From positions 5,397-69,396 of the forward strand of contig JBGAUA010000002.1 of the NCBI GenBank assembly GCA_044228875.1: a stretch of DNA of 64,000 nt, in the 5' to 3' direction. The DNA comes from Anaerolineae bacterium. GTDB lineage: Bacteria > Chloroflexota > Anaerolineae > Epilineales > Epilineaceae. Below the pieces are notes generated by a model. The model had not been told where the DNA came from, did no database searches, and saw only the letters and a list, made by a program, of their open reading frames with translations. Positions 60,768 to 64,000 of this stretch are shown in pieces. Numbering within the stretch: the stretch's first letter is position 1; every line of letters begins with the position of its first letter. The translations under genes were made by a program, and so were the position numbers.

Positions 60768-62997
60768 TCAGCCCCCGTTCAGATCGACCTTCCGTCGTTC
60801 CAGCGTAGTGACCGTCGCCGTGCCCTCCTCCACCAGGTAGAAGCGGTCGGCGGGCAGGCCCTGCCAGGTCTCCGTGGGTCCGCCCGGCCAGCGCACCTCC
60901 AACGTCTCCACCATGGTCGCCGCGCCCAGGCCGATCTCCGCCTGCAGGCTGTTGGCGCCGAAGCTGCCGCCGCTGTCCAGCACGCTGTGGATCTCGCGCG
61001 AGCCGCCCGCGCCGTCCTTGACCGTCAGGGGAGATGCCGTGCCCTTTGGGCAGGTGGCCCACGTCGGCGGAGGCCGTGGCGTTCAGGAAGCGCCTGCCGC
61101 CGTCGTTCCAGTACAGTTCATTGGGCGTCAGGGTGCTCAGCTCGGGATCGCCAGTTCCCAGGTAGAAATCCAGCCAGCCATCGTTGTCCACATCCGCGAA
61201 GTTGGCACCCATCGGCAGGCGGACGATGTTCAGACCCGCCGCCGAGGTCACGTCCACGAAGCCTCCCTGGCCATTGTTGCGGTACAGGCGCGGGCGGGCG
61301 CCGCCGGTGGGCATCTCACCAAGATAGTCGTGGGCGATCTCGTCCAAAGTGGCCTGGTAGCCGTTCACGTACAGGTCCAGGTGGCCGTCGTTGTTGTAGT
61401 CCCAGAACCAGGCCACGAAGCTGCGGCCTGAGGGCTCTACCACGCCCAGCTCCTGCGCCACGTCGGTGAAGCTGCCGTCGCCGTTGTTGCGGTACAGCCG
61501 GTTGGCTCCGATGCAGGAGGCGTACAGGTCTGGGTCGCCGTCGTTGTCGTAATCCCCCCAGGCGACACTCTTCGTCATGCGGTCGTTCCGCACTCCCGCC
61601 GCATCGGCCACGTCGGTGAAGCTGCCGTCGCCGTTGTTGCGGAAGAGCTGGCTGGGGTAAGGCTGGTTGTCGTTGCTCATCTCGTTGCCGATGTACAGGT
61701 CCAGGTCGCCATCCAGGTCGTAGTCCGCCCAGGCCGAAGCCTGGGTGGGATAGACCGCAAGGTCCAGCCCCGCGGCATGGGTGACGTCGGTGAAGCTGCC
61801 GTCGCCCTTGCCGCGCAGCAGGGAGGGGCGCATGCGCCCGCTGTCCATCTGCCAGCCGCCGCGGGTGATGAAGAGATCCAGGTGACCGTCGTTGTCGAAG
61901 TCGGTCTGCTGGATGTTGAAGCCGCCCAGCTGGCCGGTCAGGCCGGCCTCCGTCGTGCGCTCCTCGAAGCCGCCCTTCCCGTCGTTGCGGTAGAAGTTCA
62001 GGTGCTGGCAGGGGTCGAAGACGGTGGTGATGATGTCCTGGAAGCCGTCCTCGTCCAGGTCTTCGATCAGGGTGCCGCCCAGGACCGACACCGTGGCCAG
62101 CCCAAGCTGAGGCGCGATGTTGGGGAAGCGTGGCAGCTCGTGCTCAGCGGCGAAGCGCTCCGGGGGGATCAACCAGGCCGACGGTACGCCCTCCGGATAG
62201 CTGCGCAGGAGCATGTGGCCGATATTGAGCAGCCAGCGGGCGCTGCGGTCCTCCGGATAGCGACGCAGGCTGTCCTCCAGGAAGGCGATCGCCCTGAGCA
62301 CCTCTTCCGGCCGGTCATAGCCCCCTTCCTTGCTCGTTGTGAGCAGGCAGAGGTAGGGGCTGGTCGTCTGGCCGCAGTTGGCCGACTCCCCCATGCGCAG
62401 GTAGGTGGCCGCGATCTGGCGGCGGATGTCCTGGGGTCGGACGGCCGAAGTGGTGCCGGCGGCCGACCCGCCGTTCTCGGCCACCTGCAGGGTGGTCTCG
62501 AACTCGGTGAGCGCCTTCAGGTAGTCGCCGCGGCTGGCATAGGTCTTGCCCAGGGCGTATCCGAATTCGACCAGCTCCGCGAGCGTCTGCGGGTCATGGC
62601 GCGCGGCCGCGGCCTGCCGGGCGTTGCGGACGCGCTCTTCCAGGCGGGTCTGGAGAACGGTTCCCAGGTAGACGTGGTCGTCGATCTCCCGGCAGTGGCG
62701 GGCCAGGTCATTGGCCTCGCCGCCTTCGCTGGCGGCCTGGGTGGGGATGAGCCAGCGCCCGGCGTCGATCTGTGGGAGCCCGGCGACGAAGTCCGCCGCC
62801 GGCAGCTCAAGCGGTGCGCCGCCGCCGGAACCGAAGCGCCACCAGGACCAGGCGGCGACGGCCAACAGGGCCACCGACGCGCCGGCCAATGCCAGCCGAC
62901 CTCCGGAGCGAGGGCCCCTTGCGCCGGGCTCGGCCGGGGAAGGGCCCGCGTTCGGCGCCGCCGCCGGGTCGCGGGGAGCGCGCTGCTTCTTGCTCAT
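60768..62997 (-). pseudogene. CRTAC1/ASPIC-UnbV family protein (TPR + FG-GAP/VCBS repeats), frameshifted near 61028-61031
   Basis: N-terminal TM, TPR-like region, and repeated DxDxDGxxD FG-GAP units (DFDNDGHLDL, DYDLDGDLDL, DYDNDGDPDL, DYNNDGHLDL, DVDNDGWLDF). The UnbV/ASPIC end (SGGSFGANSLQAEIGLG...LEVRWPGG) is in another frame (ORF 60768..60983). Confidence 0.7.
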
Positions 62998-63229
62998 GGC
63001 GGGTACCTGTAGGGGCGGGCGACGCGGTTGCCTGTCGGCGGGAAGAGCCCAATTCTACGCGCAACCCGGATGTGGGTGTCATGGTCGGGACAGACAAGGG
63101 CTGCGCGGCCATCCCCGCTCGGCTCGGACTCGGGTATCATTGCGACCCATCCGCGATGTCGGGTTTGCTGCCAAACCCGCTGTCGGCGTGAAGCGATTCT
63201 TACGTCGGACCTTTGATTTGGCGAGCACC

Positions 63230-63946
63230 ATGACTTCTGCGATCCCCCATCCTCCCCTGATCCTCCTCGCGGGTGTGATCAAGCGCTTCGCGACCGCGGC
63301 CGGCGACTTCGAGGCCCTGCGCGGCGTGGACCTGACCGTCGATCACGGTGAGTTCGTGGCCGTGGTGGGCAAGAGCGGCAGCGGCAAGTCCACCTTGCTC
63401 AACATGATCGCCGGCATCGACCGGCCCAGCGAAGGCAGCATCAAGGTCCACGGCAGTTCCCTGGGGCAGCTCAGCGAAGCTCAACTGGCGCGCTGGCGCG
63501 GCTTGAACCTCGGTGTCGTCTTCCAGTTCTTCCAGCTCATGCCCACGCTGACCGCCCTGGAGAACGTCCAGCTGCCCATGGACTTCGCCGGCCGGGGCTC
63601 CGGGTCGGCGGCCAAGGCCCGGGCGCGCGAGCTGCTGGATCGGATGGGCCTGGCGCAGCAGGCGGACAAGCTGCCGGCCGCCCTGTCCGGCGGCGAACAG
63701 CAACGCGTGGCCATCGCCCGCGCCCTGGCCAACGACCCGCCCCTGGTGGTAGCCGACGAGCCCACCGGCAACCTCGATTCGGCGACGGCCGACCAGGTGT
63801 TCCACCTTTTCGAGGAGCTGGTGGCGAGCGGCAAGACCATCGTCTTCGTCACCCACGACCGCGATCTGGCCCGGCGGGCGAGCCGGGTGCTTGAGATCGC
63901 CGACGGTCGCATTATCAGCGATCGCGCGACGGTGCCGTCCTCGTGA
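63230..63946 (+). CDS. ABC transporter ATP-binding protein (MacB/LolD/FtsE-like)
   Basis: ATG 63230. GKSGSGKSTLLN (Walker A), LSGGEQQRVAIARAL (signature) and LVVADEPTGNLD (Walker B). Confidence 0.9.
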   Translation: MTSAIPHPPLILLAGVIKRFATAAGDFEALRGVDLTVDHGEFVAVVGKSGSGKSTLLNMIAGIDRPSEGSIKVHGSSLGQLSEAQLARWRGLNLGVVFQFFQLMPTLTALENVQLPMDFAGRGSGSAAKARARELLDRMGLAQQADKLPAALSGGEQQRVAIARALANDPPLVVADEPTGNLDSATADQVFHLFEELVASGKTIVFVTHDRDLARRASRVLEIADGRIISDRATVPSS

Positions 63947-64000
63947 GCGGCCGGCCGCGGCTGCCGGCCGCGATCGCGCCGCGCTGGCGCAAGGTTGTCC
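63943..64000 (+). CDS. FtsX-like ABC permease, N-terminal fragment (runs off window)
   Basis: The GTG overlaps the ATPase stop (GTGA). The translation VSGRPRLPAAIAPRWRKVV resembles the RWRKV... N-termini of MacB/FtsX-type permeases. Confidence 0.45.
   Translation, partial: MSGRPRLPAAIAPRWRKVV

Overview
This is a GC-rich bacterial chromosomal window (roughly two-thirds G+C by eye, not computed), densely coding on both strands. I found no transposase, integrase, phage genes or CRISPR array.

**Gene content, in order:**
- An origin-type partition and replication neighbourhood: two canonical parS palindromes, parB-parA, and divergent dnaN-recF. There is no dnaA, no gyrB and no DnaA-box cluster.
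- An exopolysaccharide block: GT4, three Wzz/PCP-like modules, a BY-kinase-like ATPase with a degenerate P-loop, and dTDP-sugar genes.
- A Rieske / cytochrome b / cytochrome c operon.
- A disrupted mutY, coupled to an LVIVD beta-propeller gene.
- tRNA-Gly and tRNA-Thr.
- A cohesin-like/LysM wall protein, then ndk.
- A Gtr/Arn-like extracytoplasmic glycosylation cassette: SDR, polyprenyl-phosphate GT2, a secreted BNR propeller and two GT-C enzymes.
- trpS behind an ECF sigma / anti-sigma / double ABC-2 operon.
- An isolated fabF-fabH pair, an M23/LysM peptidase, a pentapeptide-repeat membrane protein coupled to truD, and a methyltransferase plus a third GT-C.
- An ALDH7-type dehydrogenase, bipA/typA, tetR, and an SRPBCC plus TIGR01777 pair.
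- A CarH-type B12 photoreceptor regulator followed by an unknown 134-aa gene.
- An orphan purQ, then a vanadium-haloperoxidase-like protein convergent with a frameshifted CRTAC1/ASPIC protein, and the start of a MacB/FtsX-type ABC system.

**Most noteworthy unexplained signals:**
- A roughly 430-nt non-coding stretch between the two parS sites folds into nested long-range helices on the + strand. It is a candidate structured RNA with no recognisable family motifs.
- The three PCP modules sit next to a Walker-A-dead BY-kinase.
- The CarH-like regulator and its unknown downstream gene.
- An 11-nt G/C homopolymer lies inside a methyltransferase next to a GT-C.
- A cluster of GATGATGCC inverted and direct repeats can form mutually exclusive hairpins.
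- A 14-nt deletion has removed the WxGLGY motif of mutY.

**Limits:** all calls come from reading the sequence and the ORF track by eye. No database search or folding program was run.
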